The notes beneath the pieces are model-generated. The model saw only the letters and a program-made list of their open reading frames with translations. It was not told the origin of the DNA and did no database searches. A program made the position numbers and the translations under genes. This document shows positions 1 to 10,516 of a DNA stretch of 64,000 bases, piece by piece (positions within the stretch are counted from its first letter, which is position 1; every line of letters starts with the position of its first letter). Origin of the DNA: Bacteroidales bacterium (GTDB lineage: Bacteria > Bacteroidota > Bacteroidia > Bacteroidales > UBA12077). The DNA lies in assembly GCA_963665525.1 (NCBI GenBank), contig OY762280.1:3664034-3728033 (forward strand), read 5' to 3'.

Positions 1-1992
1 CTTACCATTATTATATCCCGTTAAGCCACCTGCTATAGCTCTCCAGTCATTGCTAGTATTACTTACACATATTCCCGTTGTGTAACAATTTGTGATTTCT
101 CCACCTTCGTAATACCCGGCCAAACCTCCAAGTTTTTTGCTCCCCTTAATGTTTACATTAGTTAATCCCAGGTTTTTAACCGTGGCATTTTTGGTTACAC
201 CAAACAAACCAATTAAACTATCTGTTGGCCGATTAATATATAAATGATTGATTATATATTCTCCCCCATCATAATTGCCTTCGAATACGGAAGTTAAGTT
301 TCCAATAGGGCTAAACCCATTACCATTATCCCAATTCACGGTTGTCGAAACATCAATATCGGCAGTTTGGATAAAATACTTATTCCACACCGTATCGCTG
401 CGCATTAACCAGGCTAAATTTGCGCGATTAGAGATAATATAAGGATTATCTGAACTACCTTCTCCATCAGGTATTTCTGTCTCTATATCGGTTATTTCAC
501 TCGCAACTGTTCCATTAGTTTCATACATCTCAGTACCATCACAGACATTATAAGCATAAACTTTAAAATAATATTCAGTTAATTCTGATAAGCCTGTCAC
601 TGTGATATTTGGATTATTAGACGTGCCAAAATAGATACATTGTTGACTATTGTTTTGCCATAGGATTTCAGCAACAGGCTCTGTTCCATCTTCAGGATCA
701 AGCCACAAATCTTCTGAATTTATATAAATGGCATATCCAACCGTTATATAACCAGACTCATCAAAACTATTAAGAGTAATGCTATTCCCATCAATACTAC
801 CAAAAACAATATTACTCGGTGCCGAGTATGGAGCTTCGCACTCTAAATTAATACTAGTATAATTCTGCCAGTGTAAAAATGGATAACCAGCATTATCACT
901 ACTGTTGATACCCCATAAATCTTCTGTCCCATTTATAGTTTCATCTATAAAATCCCAGTTAGCAACTAAATAGCTCCCTATATATTTCATCTCTGATATT
1001 GTTAATCCAACTCCTCCATCACTTGTATTTTGATTTGAAGTTTCTTTATCCCAAAAACAATTTGATATAAATCCACGAGAAATATAATTGCTCCCTATAA
1101 GACCTCCAAGAACATCATTCCCTACAACTTCTGTAGTGGAATATGATCTTGTTACTACTCCTAGCTTTACATCTGGAGAGTAATACCTCACCTCATCATT
1201 ATACCCAATTAATCCACCTATTATTTTATTCCCAGAGACAATCCCCTTAGAATATATATTGGTTACAATTCCTTCATTTTTCCCTGCAAATCCTCCTACT
1301 GTGTTATTCCCGATAACATTACATATTGAATATGATTTATTTATTTCACCATTATGCGAATACCAGGTAATAAAATGATCATTTAATCCAACAAATCCAC
1401 CTACTGTGTTATTTCCTGTAACATCCGCCTCAGAATAACAATTATAGATATATCGTAGATTTTTACCAACAAAACCACCAACTTCATCAGTTCCGTGGAT
1501 ATTCCCTTTTGTATAACATTTGTTTATTTGTCCATTATATAAAAATCCTACAAATCCACCAACCTTATTGCCTCCATTGATATCAACATTTGATAATCCT
1601 AAACTATCGATTCTGGCAGAAACTTTTCCAAATAATCCTATCTCATTTTCCAAAGGGCGATTTATATATAAACTATCAATAATTTGACCTTTCCCATTAT
1701 ACTTACCCGTAAACGATTTTGTTGAATTCCCTATTGGAGATAACCCTTTCTGTGCATCCCAATTTTTAGATTCTGCTGCATCAATATCAGCAGTTTGAAT
1801 AAAATGTTTGTCCCAAACAGTATCGCTTTGTGTCAGCCAATAAAGATTTTCCAATGATGCTATTTGGTATGGATTACTTTCAGAACCATCTCCAGCGGAT
1901 GGAGGAGTTGCTGTTTGGGAAAATACATGTAATGGTAATATTAAAACAAAGGCTAGTATAGCATGTTTTATGTATGTAATTTTTCTCATCAT
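1..1992 (-). CDS. Secreted GLUG-motif (GGLxG beta-helix-like) repeat protein with an FN3-like domain; partial, continues past the window start
   Basis: Absent from the ORF track because it has no stop in the window. My translation begins MMRKITYIKHAILAFVLILPLHVFSQTATPPSAGDGSESNPYQI (signal peptide). It has two GDGS/GEGSxxNPY...FIQTADID modules, many VGGFVG/GGLIG repeats and an intervening VTGLSELTEYYFKVYAYN FN3-like strand. Confidence 0.85.
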   Translation of the reverse strand, partial: MMRKITYIKHAILAFVLILPLHVFSQTATPPSAGDGSESNPYQIASLENLYWLTQSDTVWDKHFIQTADIDAAESKNWDAQKGLSPIGNSTKSFTGKYNGKGQIIDSLYINRPLENEIGLFGKVSARIDSLGLSNVDINGGNKVGGFVGFLYNGQINKCYTKGNIHGTDEVGGFVGKNLRYIYNCYSEADVTGNNTVGGFVGLNDHFITWYSHNGEINKSYSICNVIGNNTVGGFAGKNEGIVTNIYSKGIVSGNKIIGGLIGYNDEVRYYSPDVKLGVVTRSYSTTEVVGNDVLGGLIGSNYISRGFISNCFWDKETSNQNTSDGGVGLTISEMKYIGSYLVANWDFIDETINGTEDLWGINSSDNAGYPFLHWQNYTSINLECEAPYSAPSNIVFGSIDGNSITLNSFDESGYITVGYAIYINSEDLWLDPEDGTEPVAEILWQNNSQQCIYFGTSNNPNITVTGLSELTEYYFKVYAYNVCDGTEMYETNGTVASEITDIETEIPDGEGSSDNPYIISNRANLAWLMRSDTVWNKYFIQTADIDVSTTVNWDNGNGFSPIGNLTSVFEGNYDGGEYIINHLYINRPTDSLIGLFGVTKNATVKNLGLTNVNIKGSKKLGGLAGYYEGGEITNCYTTGICVSNTSNDWRAIAGGLTGYNNGK

Positions 1993-2026
1993 CTTACTAA
2001 AATTAAAATAGATCGTATTGATTAAT

Positions 2027-2965
2027 TTATTTGCATTTTTTATACCCGGTTACAGGAACTACTTTAACTTTCTCGAGTGGTACAGATAAAATGTTTTTAT
2101 CTGTAGTAATATTCGGCTCAGGATCTTTTTGAGTTTTTACATTCGTATTAAATGATAAGTCTACAAATTGATTGATTGTCCAGGGAATATCAAAGTCTTC
2201 TCCATCAATCCAGTTAGTATAACCTCCTGGAGAATATGCCCTAATTTCCATATCATTATTTGCGAAGTAATATCCAATTCCATATTTCATACGATCATTT
2301 GGTATAATAACTTCTTCGAACGATTCAAAATCAGGATCTCTATAGTTTACCAAAAAGTGAGTAATATTGGTATTACTATTATTAGTCATATTAAAGAATA
2401 TTAGTTCAGATGGTAAGTCTAGAATGTAATAGTAATACTCAGAAAAATCAATTCTCAAATCCCAGTAAAGCAATATACCTGTCTGTTCACCATTTAAATC
2501 TTTACCAGAAGTTTCGATATAACTGCTAACAGAATTTTCATCAAATCGAGCGAAATGCAGTTGCGAATTTGAAGGCAGTAGTTTTGTCTGGTTACCAATA
2601 GTAACTTCGGCTTCTGATGGCATATTGTTTGTAAAACGTGCTATATGAACATAGTCTGTCTTGAAGATCCAATCACTACCACCATCATTAGAAACCTCTA
2701 ATGTTACATCATATACACCAGGCTGGGTATAAAGAACCGTTGGGTTTTGTTCAGTTGATTTTTCTGGAATACCTCCCTCAAATGTCCAGTTCCACTTTTT
2801 GGGATTATTGCTTGATAAATCTGTAAAAGTGATTTTAATATTCTCATTTATATCTTCCTGTGAAACTAAAAAATCACCAGTTGGCGGTTCTACCTCCTCA
2901 CAGCAATAAAGAAATAATGAAAAAGGAATAGCTAAAGCTAAATGAATAAGTAGTTTTTTTCTCAT
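2027..2965 (-). CDS. PKD-domain lipoprotein
   Basis: Lipoprotein-like signal (FLYCCEE). PKD motif FTDLSSNNPKKWNWTFEGG...YTQPGVYDVTLEVSN. Confidence 0.8.
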   Translation of the reverse strand: MRKKLLIHLALAIPFSLFLYCCEEVEPPTGDFLVSQEDINENIKITFTDLSSNNPKKWNWTFEGGIPEKSTEQNPTVLYTQPGVYDVTLEVSNDGGSDWIFKTDYVHIARFTNNMPSEAEVTIGNQTKLLPSNSQLHFARFDENSVSSYIETSGKDLNGEQTGILLYWDLRIDFSEYYYYILDLPSELIFFNMTNNSNTNITHFLVNYRDPDFESFEEVIIPNDRMKYGIGYYFANNDMEIRAYSPGGYTNWIDGEDFDIPWTINQFVDLSFNTNVKTQKDPEPNITTDKNILSVPLEKVKVVPVTGYKKCK

Positions 2966-3097
2966 GATACAATTTTCCGAATGAATTAATAAAAAGGTCG
3001 ATGTTAAAGATATATTTTAATTGTATAAAAAAAAATGTTATTAATGTGTTTTATAATTATGATTGGTTATTAGAGAAAGACTTACTATTAATGCAAT

Positions 3098-3129
3098 AAA
3101 AAAGGGACTTTCAATTGAAAGTCCCTTTT
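3098..3129 (-). terminator. Intrinsic terminator of the rpmF-plsX-fabH operon
   Basis: Perfect palindrome AAAAGGGACTTTCAATTGAAAGTCCCTTTT with a U-tract on the minus strand, 20 bp after the fabH stop. Confidence 0.85.
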
Positions 3130-3149
3130 AATTTTTATATTATTTAATG

Positions 3150-4157
3150 TTATTTCACATTCTTTCCATCATATCCCCACTTCAGGTACATTGATCCCCA
3201 AGTGAAACCTGCTCCAAATGTAGCAAGAATGATGTTATCACCTCTTTTAAGTTGATCTTCCCACTCCCACAAACATAATGGCAAAGTAGCAGCAGTCGTA
3301 TTACCATACTTCTCGATGTTAATCATGACCTGATCTTTTCTAATTCCCATACGCTTAGCTGTTGCTTCAATAATACGCATATTTGCCTGATGAGGAACTA
3401 ACCAGGTTAAATCATCTGGTTTAATATTATTTCTTTCCATCATTTCGACAGAAACATCAGCCATTTTTGAAACAGCCCATTTAAATACAGGTTGTCCTTC
3501 CTGGTAAATATAATGTTGTCGAGCATCCACTGTTTCATGACTTGCAGGAGCCACAGATCCACCGGCTTTTTGGTGTAAATGAACTCTTCCAACACCATCC
3601 GATTGTAATTTAAGATCAATAATACCAATATCTTCTGTTGTTGGCTCTAATAATACTGCACCTGCTCCATCTCCAAAAATTGGACAAGTTGCACGATCTT
3701 GATAATCCACAATAGACGACATTTTTTCTGCACCCACAACAATTACTTTCTTATATAGTCCAGACTCAACATATTTTGATGCTGTGGTTAGCGCATATAA
3801 AAATCCTGAACATCCAGCATTTAAATCAAAGCTAAATGCATTTCTAATATCACATTTATCACTAATGATATTTGCTGTTGCAGGAAATTGATGGTCGGGA
3901 GTAACTGTTGCACAAATTAACAAATCAACTTCTTCAGGAGATGTTCCGGTTTTTTCTAATAACTGCTGAACAGCTTTGCTTCCTACAAACGAAGATCCTT
4001 CGCCTTTTTCCTTAATAATGTGTCGTTCTTTAATTCCGATTCTGGTCATGATCCACTCATCAGAAGTATCGACCATTTTACTTAATTCATCATTGGTAAG
4101 GATATATTCAGGAACATAAGCTCCAACCCCTGTAATAGTTGCTCTTAATTTTGTCAT
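3150..4157 (-). CDS. fabH: 3-oxoacyl-ACP synthase III
   Basis: AGCSGF catalytic Cys, [20 protein letters not shown]; follows plsX. Confidence 0.97.
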   Translation of the reverse strand: MTKLRATITGVGAYVPEYILTNDELSKMVDTSDEWIMTRIGIKERHIIKEKGEGSSFVGSKAVQQLLEKTGTSPEEVDLLICATVTPDHQFPATANIISDKCDIRNAFSFDLNAGCSGFLYALTTASKYVESGLYKKVIVVGAEKMSSIVDYQDRATCPIFGDGAGAVLLEPTTEDIGIIDLKLQSDGVGRVHLHQKAGGSVAPASHETVDARQHYIYQEGQPVFKWAVSKMADVSVEMMERNNIKPDDLTWLVPHQANMRIIEATAKRMGIRKDQVMINIEKYGNTTAATLPLCLWEWEDQLKRGDNIILATFGAGFTWGSMYLKWGYDGKNVK

Positions 4158-5095
4158 TTAATTGCCTCCTTGATTTTTTCAGAAAGGTTTGCCTCAACCA
4201 CTTCTTTGGTGTGGAGAATCATATTTTTAATGGCCACATCATTTGAAATTCCATGACCAATCACAATATTTTTATTAACACCTAAGATTGGAGTTCCACC
4301 ATAGTTTTCGAAATTAAACTTATCGAAAAACTCGTCTTTTAATCTTCTCTTTCTATATAAAGTATAAAAAGCTTCTGCTTCTTTTAAAATTACATTGCCA
4401 ACAAATCCGTCACAAACAATTACATCTGCTTTGCTTTCATCGAATAGCTCATTTGCTTCGATATTTCCCACAAAATTAAAATCTTTAGAATCTTTCATTA
4501 ATTCGTGAGCAGACTTTGTTACCAGGTTTCCTTTTTCTTCTTCCGAACCAATATTCATTAAAGCAACCTTAGGTTTTTTAATGTTATATACATTCTCTGC
4601 ATATATTGATCCTAAGATACCATATTGGTAAAGTACATCTGGTTTTGTATCCGGATTTAAACCTACATCTAAAAGAATAGAATGTGTTCCATCAAGCTTG
4701 GGTATTGGTCCCGTAATTACAGGACGAATAATTCCAGGGATTGATTTCACGGAATACATGGCTCCCACCATCATAGCCCCTGTACTTCCAGCACTTGCGA
4801 AACCATCAATTTCTCCTTTTGCTAAAAGATAAAAACCTTTTGCAATACTAGAATCAGGTTTTTTACTAAATGCTTTTGCCGGGTGATCGTGCATATCAAT
4901 AACCTGAGTAGTGTGTACCATGTCAAAATTACTGGCATCAACACCTTCTCTGTTCAAAATTTCATTGATTTTTTCCTGATCACCAATGAGTACAATACGA
5001 TCTTCGGATGACATTTTCTTATGAGCTAAAATTGCTCCTAAAACCGTAGCTTCAGGAGCAAAATCTCCGCCCATAATATCTATTCCAATTCTCAT
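4154..5095 (-). CDS. plsX: Phosphate acyltransferase PlsX
   Basis: [35 protein letters not shown]; conserved rpmF-plsX-fabH context. Confidence 0.97.
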   Translation of the reverse strand: MRIGIDIMGGDFAPEATVLGAILAHKKMSSEDRIVLIGDQEKINEILNREGVDASNFDMVHTTQVIDMHDHPAKAFSKKPDSSIAKGFYLLAKGEIDGFASAGSTGAMMVGAMYSVKSIPGIIRPVITGPIPKLDGTHSILLDVGLNPDTKPDVLYQYGILGSIYAENVYNIKKPKVALMNIGSEEEKGNLVTKSAHELMKDSKDFNFVGNIEANELFDESKADVIVCDGFVGNVILKEAEAFYTLYRKRRLKDEFFDKFNFENYGGTPILGVNKNIVIGHGISNDVAIKNMILHTKEVVEANLSEKIKEAIK

Positions 5096-5117
5096 ATGAG
5101 TTTGAATTTCTTAAAGT

Positions 5118-5303
5118 CTATGCGTTTACTTCTTTATCAACAGCTAACTGTCCTTTGTAATATCCGCACTCAGGACACACTCTGTGATACTCATGTGAAG
5201 CACCGCAGTTTGAACATGTTGCAACAGTTGGTGCTGTTGCTTTGTAATGTGTTCTTCTCTTGTCTCTTCTCTGTTTCGATGTCTTTCTCTTTGGATGTGC
5301 CAT
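5118..5303 (-). CDS. rpmF: 50S ribosomal protein L32 (Zn-ribbon form)
   Basis: [19 protein letters not shown]; CSNC...CPECGYY. Confidence 0.98.
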   Translation of the reverse strand: MAHPKRKTSKQRRDKRRTHYKATAPTVATCSNCGASHEYHRVCPECGYYKGQLAVDKEVNA

Positions 5304-5308
5304 TTCTA

Positions 5309-5848
5309 CTAATTATTATTGTTACCCATTAAATTTTTCAAATCATCCCACCGGGGATCAATATCCTCATTGGTAGGCTCGTCTACTTTATAATTATTTA
5401 ATTTTTCCAACATTGCAGGGTTGCAAGTTACTTCCCCGTTTTCATCATCGGGATGAACTCTTTTAAGCGGAATGCTCAGATTTATACTTTCGTAAAGGTA
5501 ATGCGATAAGTCTAACTCATAATCACTCGGTAATAAACAAATTACATTTTCGGCCAAATCTTCTTCTCTTTCGGAGAATTTCACGAATAATTTACCCGTG
5601 TAATGAATTGGCTGATGATATTCGTCTAAACACCTGTCACAAGTTAACTCAACATATCCTTCAATATCAACATCTAACTCTAAAAACGAAGATTTCTTAT
5701 TGAATAAAACCTTTGCTTTTAAATTCCCTTTTTCTATATCTGAATATTCCAAACCCTCAAAGAACAAATCATCAATGTCAAATTCGAATTCATGTATTCC
5801 CTCACTCAACCCCTGATAAACAATCCGATATTTGCTTAATTGATTCAC
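5309..5848 (-). CDS. yceD: DUF177/YceD family protein
   Basis: CDRCL motif, C-terminal DPRWDDLK, upstream of rpmF; GTG start. Confidence 0.92.
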   Translation of the reverse strand: MNQLSKYRIVYQGLSEGIHEFEFDIDDLFFEGLEYSDIEKGNLKAKVLFNKKSSFLELDVDIEGYVELTCDRCLDEYHQPIHYTGKLFVKFSEREEDLAENVICLLPSDYELDLSHYLYESINLSIPLKRVHPDDENGEVTCNPAMLEKLNNYKVDEPTNEDIDPRWDDLKNLMGNNNN

Positions 5849-5870
5849 TCCTACCTAATTTTACATCGTG

Positions 5871-5878
5871 CAAAAGTA
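5871..5878 (-). promoter_or_regulatory. Bacteroidota primary-sigma -7 element for the yceD-rpmF-plsX-fabH operon
   Basis: TACTTTTG on the minus strand matches TAnnTTTG, 22 bp upstream of the start. Confidence 0.6.
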
Positions 5879-6016
5879 TAAATTAATATTCGAATAAAAA
5901 AAGAAATTTTGCGGATAAGATTTGTGCGAAATACTTCTAAAAAAGCAAAAGCAATAAAACATCGCATAAAACACTGTTTATCTGACTTATATAACACACC
6001 ACATTGAAATCCTAAT

Positions 6017-7168
6017 TTATTTTTTTAGAACAATGCGCATGTTAGTTCCTTTATTGATTTCGGAATAATTGACAAATATTTTTCCATTGTGATAAAGCTC
6101 AATAATTCGCTTAGACAAGGAAAGTCCTAAGCCCCATCCTCTTTGTTTTGTGGTATATCCCGGCTGAAAAATTGTCTTATACTTTGATTTTGCTAATCCT
6201 TTTCCTTCGTCAATAACATCAATAAACAGGTACTGAATTCTATCATCCATATTTACTGTTATTGTTCCATTCCCTTCCATTGAATCAATAGCATTTTTCA
6301 AAACGTTCTCAATAACCCATTCAAATAGTGAAATATTGAATGGCACCATTATTTTATCATTTTCAGAAAAATTGATGTTAAACTTAACTTTTTCAGATGA
6401 TCGTGCCTTTATATAATTAACCGCATGGAATAAAACATGAATAATATCTTGCTTTTCCAGTTTAGGTGCCGATCCTATTTTTGAAAAACGTTCCGTAATT
6501 TTCTCCAGCCTATTGACATCTTTTTCAAATTCGGCCACCACATTTTCATCTACGTTCTTTAATTTAAGTAATTCAAGACTTGCCATTAACGAGGATGTTG
6601 GAGTTCCTAATTGATGAGCAGTTTCTTTTGACATACCTACCCAAACCTGATTTTGCTCTGCTTTACGCGATGCACTAAAAGCAATATATGAAACAACTAA
6701 AAATAATGCTATTACTCCAAACTGAATAATCGGGAAATAAAATAAACGGGTAAGTAGAATGGATTCTTTATAATAGATGAAGTTTTTATTGCCATCAAGT
6801 AATGTAATTTCAATGGCATCGTTATCCTTTTTCATTTTTTCAAGCTGCTTGCTTAAATATTTAGGATCATTCTCTTTGTTTGGATCCAGATTTCGAGATG
6901 AAATAATCTCACCGTCTTTATCAGTTAAGATCACAGGAACCGTTTCGTTATTCTTAATGACTTCAAGAATAAAAGTATAATCTTTTTCTTGATTATCAAG
7001 AGCTGAAAGTTGTTTCATCCCTAAAGCCCATAATTCTACTTTCTTTCGCTCTTCGATGGCTAATTTTTTTGCCAGATTGTTGGTTATCAGAAATGTCGAA
7101 ATCCCAATGATAACTGCAACTATTAAAAGCAACAGCTTCCATTTCTGTTTTTTGGTATAAATACTCAA
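6017..7168 (-). CDS. Membrane sensor histidine kinase (no adjacent response regulator)
   Basis: Two TM segments, ETAHQLGTP H-box, ENVLKNAIDSM N-box, DEGKG, GWGLGLSL; TTG start. Confidence 0.92.
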   Translation of the reverse strand: MSIYTKKQKWKLLLLIVAVIIGISTFLITNNLAKKLAIEERKKVELWALGMKQLSALDNQEKDYTFILEVIKNNETVPVILTDKDGEIISSRNLDPNKENDPKYLSKQLEKMKKDNDAIEITLLDGNKNFIYYKESILLTRLFYFPIIQFGVIALFLVVSYIAFSASRKAEQNQVWVGMSKETAHQLGTPTSSLMASLELLKLKNVDENVVAEFEKDVNRLEKITERFSKIGSAPKLEKQDIIHVLFHAVNYIKARSSEKVKFNINFSENDKIMVPFNISLFEWVIENVLKNAIDSMEGNGTITVNMDDRIQYLFIDVIDEGKGLAKSKYKTIFQPGYTTKQRGWGLGLSLSKRIIELYHNGKIFVNYSEINKGTNMRIVLKK

Positions 7169-7275
7169 GGTTATTGTGTTTAAATAAATCGTAAAAATAA
7201 CAATCCTAAATAATCAAGCCAAGAAATAAGACTCTAAAATATTGGTTGATTCGTTAATAAAAGATGTTGTTTTTA

Positions 7276-7657
7276 TCTTTCTCCTTGATGAGAAAGAAAC
7301 AAAGAATCAAGAAAAAACGATGCTTCCTCCCTCACTGTGAGGCTTAAAGAGTTTTAATATAAAGCAGGCAAGCCTCTTTACATAAACTCTAAAAACCTCA
7401 CATTCTCTCAAACGCCTGGCTCGCCGTTTTTTCAGGTCAACGCTCATCATTTACAACTATAGATTAAATTAGTAATAGTGTGGTGGGAAATCCGAAATGT
7501 GTGCGGAATTGTTGATAATCACCATGCGACCACGATTCTTGATATGAGGAATTGTACTTTTAAACTTTTTTGAAATAGGTATTGATCTGTGAAAAAAGGA
7601 CTGATTATCAAAATTCATTCATTTCGGTTGATTTTGGTTCTTTTATCAAGAAAAGAA
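7276..7657. repeat. Structured non-coding element with imperfect terminal inverted repeats (MITE-like or ncRNA pair)
   Basis: Left end TCTTTCTC-CTTGAT-GAGAAAGA..ATCAAG; right end on the minus strand TTCTTTT-CTTGAT-AAAAGAA..ATCAA. Multiple internal stems. No ORF in the track. Confidence 0.65.
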
Positions 7658-7739
7658 GCAATAATATTTAAAAGAAGATCTAGAAAATAAATACCTTAGG
7701 TTATTTTGCGGAAACTAATTAAACTCAAAATGGTTTTAA

Positions 7740-10373
7740 CTATTTAACAGTTGTATCTTCCTCCCACTCAATCTCGAATTTTGGATCTGATTCTAATTTG
7801 GTATTCTGTTTTGCTTCCTTTTCTTTTTTAGTTTCATCGAACTCTATTTGAAAATTTTCCTGATTACTTTCTCTGTTTTCAACCTTTATTGAAGTATCAT
7901 TTTTATACCATCCAAATTCTTCGTTAAGGATTTCTTTCAATTCTTTTTTCTCCTCTTTCATGTTTTCTTTTCGATCTCGTCTTGCTGCTTTGCGATCGTA
8001 CTTAATACGACTTTTGTCTTGATCACCTTCTAAGCGTAAATAAAGTGTTATCCTTCCTTCCTTATCCTCTTCAAGTTGATCATTAAACTGTTTTTTGCGA
8101 TTTGATCTTTTCATTTTCCCGGACAATAAATCAGATAATAAAACTTTTAAATGATAAGAATATTCGCTGTTAAAACCATGAGTGCCTGAAGCCGTAAGAT
8201 TTAATGCTGATGATTGAATATCCATCTGTGGTATAATAACCTGTTCGTTTTTTATGGTTATTTGATTTTTTAAGGTTGAAAATTTGATGTTTTTCAATTC
8301 ATCCATATCAATAAACCTTGATAATCCCAACATAGGTTCAAAATCATTCAACTCTCCATTGGTAATAGTTAAATCACAATCTGAATTAACCGATTGTTTA
8401 TATATTTCAATCTTATCAGACCATTCGGACGAAAAATAAACATCACCGGTTAAATCTCCTTCTACATTTTGATTTGATATAAAATCTTGTCCAAAGTTGT
8501 TAAATGAATAAAACAATTTATTCATGTTGATACCTGTTAACCTGCTCTGTGATTTTATCATAAAATCATTATTATACTTTTGAATAATAACTCCTCCCGC
8601 TTTAACATTACCATTCATTGAATTAAACGATACTTCATGTAATGAAAACATTTTTGGTTTATAGTTAAGATTTCCTTTTATATCAGTTGCATAAAATTTT
8701 CCAAGCTCAAAATTTTCAATGTTGAGTCTTAACTGTAATGCAAGTTTTTCTGGAAAATGAAACGATTCAGAACCACCTCCTTCTTTATCCGTTTTAAAAA
8801 GTAATGATAATTCGTCCAGGTTAATTTTACGGGAATATAACTTGGCATTTATATTAAAAATATCGCGTTGGTTAAAATATTCAAACAATTTTGAAATGCG
8901 ACCACGAATTAAAAAATCATTGTTATTAATCTTAAAGAAAAGACTGTCGGTATACAATGTTCTGTTAAGATTTATATTTCCTGTAAGCTGATTTAATACT
9001 AAAGGATGATTTTTAAATTTAAGTTCTCCTTCTTTTAATCTGACTTGTACACTATAATCTTTTGTAAACAGATCGCGAAATCGAAAGGACCGTAGCTCAT
9101 CATAACTACCACTATATTTAATTTCTGATTCTGCATAGCCATTTAAAATATCAATGGTGTCAATTTCAAAAATGTTTTTTATTTCATCAAGATAAAGTTC
9201 AGAATGTAAATCAAGTTTTATTTGGGGGTTTTTAAAATCGGATAATTTGAAAACTCCTTGAAAAAAGTTCTGTTCTACATTAAAACTAAAACTTTTAAAA
9301 ACCAAGCGGGAAGTATGAGCCATGTTTTTGGTACCATTGGTAAACTCACCATCAATATTCATATTACTTAAACGTATTTCTCTTTCTTCATCAAAAAGTT
9401 GAGCATCACTCAATAAGAATAGTGCTTCAATGTGTGGTTTATTAACCTTAATGTTTTCTCCTGTAATACTTAAATTTAATGTAGCTGTTCCTTGCTGACC
9501 AATAATGTTTGGAAATTCATTGATAATTTTGGGTGGTAAGTTGTTTATAAAAGTTCTTAAATCAAGGTTTTTCCCCGAAACGATTAAATCTATTTTCTTT
9601 TTTCCTGACTTTTCAATATTCCCATTCAGGTTAAATTTTAAATTGTCCAGATTCAAATTGCCATTTTTAAATTTGATCAAATCATTGACAATATCTAAAT
9701 TTAATCTGCCTTTTACCTTTTTATTCGATATATAATCAATATTTTCAATGTTTAATTTTTCAATAAACTGATCCGTCTTTATTTTCATCAGGTAAGTTCG
9801 CTTCGAGAAATTACCTTCAAAGTCCATGTTATCTACGGTTGACTCTAGAATAAACTTGGTAGCATCGTTACAAAAAAGAATGTTGGTATTGCTAATTCGC
9901 ACTTTTGTTAGCTCAAGACTAAATTCACTTTCTTCCAGCTCTTCCTCTTTCGTCTTCCAAAAAATATAATTTGGATCGCCCAGATAATCAACAAATAGAT
10001 TAATATTCCCCTGATCGAAATGAATGCTACTAATTGTATAGTTTTTAGTAATTAAATCTAAAATGTTGATTTGCACATAAATACTTTTTGCAAAAAATAG
10101 GGTATCCGTATTAAATTCCTGAACGGATTTAAAATATCCTTGCTTGGAGTGTGCAAGTACATTCTTAAACTCAAGTGATGCTTTAGGAAATTTCTGCAGT
10201 AATGAAAAGTTAACATCCTCAACTTCAACTTCGGCTAAAAGATACTCGTTTAGTTCCTCAATAAGATACTGACTAACCTGATCTTCGTAAAAATATGCAA
10301 GTGAAGTTGCGATAGCTATTAAAATCACGAGAGCAAGTGATAATCCAATGAATATTGATTTTATATTTCGCAT
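7740..10373 (-). CDS. AsmA-like (bridge-like lipid-transfer family) envelope protein
   Basis: N-terminal TM anchor, FSLLQKFPKASLEF, repeated amphipathic beta segments, C-terminal IPQMDIQSSALNLTASGTHGF; 877 aa. Confidence 0.8.
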   Translation of the reverse strand: MRNIKSIFIGLSLALVILIAIATSLAYFYEDQVSQYLIEELNEYLLAEVEVEDVNFSLLQKFPKASLEFKNVLAHSKQGYFKSVQEFNTDTLFFAKSIYVQINILDLITKNYTISSIHFDQGNINLFVDYLGDPNYIFWKTKEEELEESEFSLELTKVRISNTNILFCNDATKFILESTVDNMDFEGNFSKRTYLMKIKTDQFIEKLNIENIDYISNKKVKGRLNLDIVNDLIKFKNGNLNLDNLKFNLNGNIEKSGKKKIDLIVSGKNLDLRTFINNLPPKIINEFPNIIGQQGTATLNLSITGENIKVNKPHIEALFLLSDAQLFDEEREIRLSNMNIDGEFTNGTKNMAHTSRLVFKSFSFNVEQNFFQGVFKLSDFKNPQIKLDLHSELYLDEIKNIFEIDTIDILNGYAESEIKYSGSYDELRSFRFRDLFTKDYSVQVRLKEGELKFKNHPLVLNQLTGNINLNRTLYTDSLFFKINNNDFLIRGRISKLFEYFNQRDIFNINAKLYSRKINLDELSLLFKTDKEGGGSESFHFPEKLALQLRLNIENFELGKFYATDIKGNLNYKPKMFSLHEVSFNSMNGNVKAGGVIIQKYNNDFMIKSQSRLTGINMNKLFYSFNNFGQDFISNQNVEGDLTGDVYFSSEWSDKIEIYKQSVNSDCDLTITNGELNDFEPMLGLSRFIDMDELKNIKFSTLKNQITIKNEQVIIPQMDIQSSALNLTASGTHGFNSEYSYHLKVLLSDLLSGKMKRSNRKKQFNDQLEEDKEGRITLYLRLEGDQDKSRIKYDRKAARRDRKENMKEEKKELKEILNEEFGWYKNDTSIKVENRESNQENFQIEFDETKKEKEAKQNTKLESDPKFEIEWEEDTTVK

Positions 10374-10468
10374 TTATAAACTATTATTTATGTATTTCAG
10401 CAAAAGTAGTAAAGTTAACTTTTACTACCTCAAAAACTTTACCATAGCATGAAATGTTTCTTATAAAT

Positions 10469-10497
10469 AAAAAGCCAACTAAAAAAGTTGGCTTTTT
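10469..10497 (-). terminator. Intrinsic terminator
   Basis: AAAAAGCCAACT-loop-AGTTGGCTTTTT just after the stop of the 10517-11233 ORF. Confidence 0.8.
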
Positions 10498-10516
10498 CTG
10501 AGTAAAACGATGTTTA

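Noticed and set aside
5849-5858. SD-like AGGTAGGA before the yceD GTG
   Set aside because: AGGA directly abuts the start codon (wrong spacing), and Bacteroidota generally do not use SD pairing.
7311-7445. HDV-like ribozyme suggested by TCCTCCCTC and GGTCAAC in the structured element
   Set aside because: The helix order does not fit: the TCC loop is not adjacent to the 3' strand of P1, and I find no P2/J4-2. Kept only as an unassigned structure.
10405-10428. Near-palindrome GTAGTAAAGTTAACTTTTACTAC upstream of the AsmA-like gene
   Set aside because: It resembles the AAAGTT/AACTTT repeat core but lacks the nested arms and overlaps a -7 element; cannot be told apart from chance or a one-off operator.
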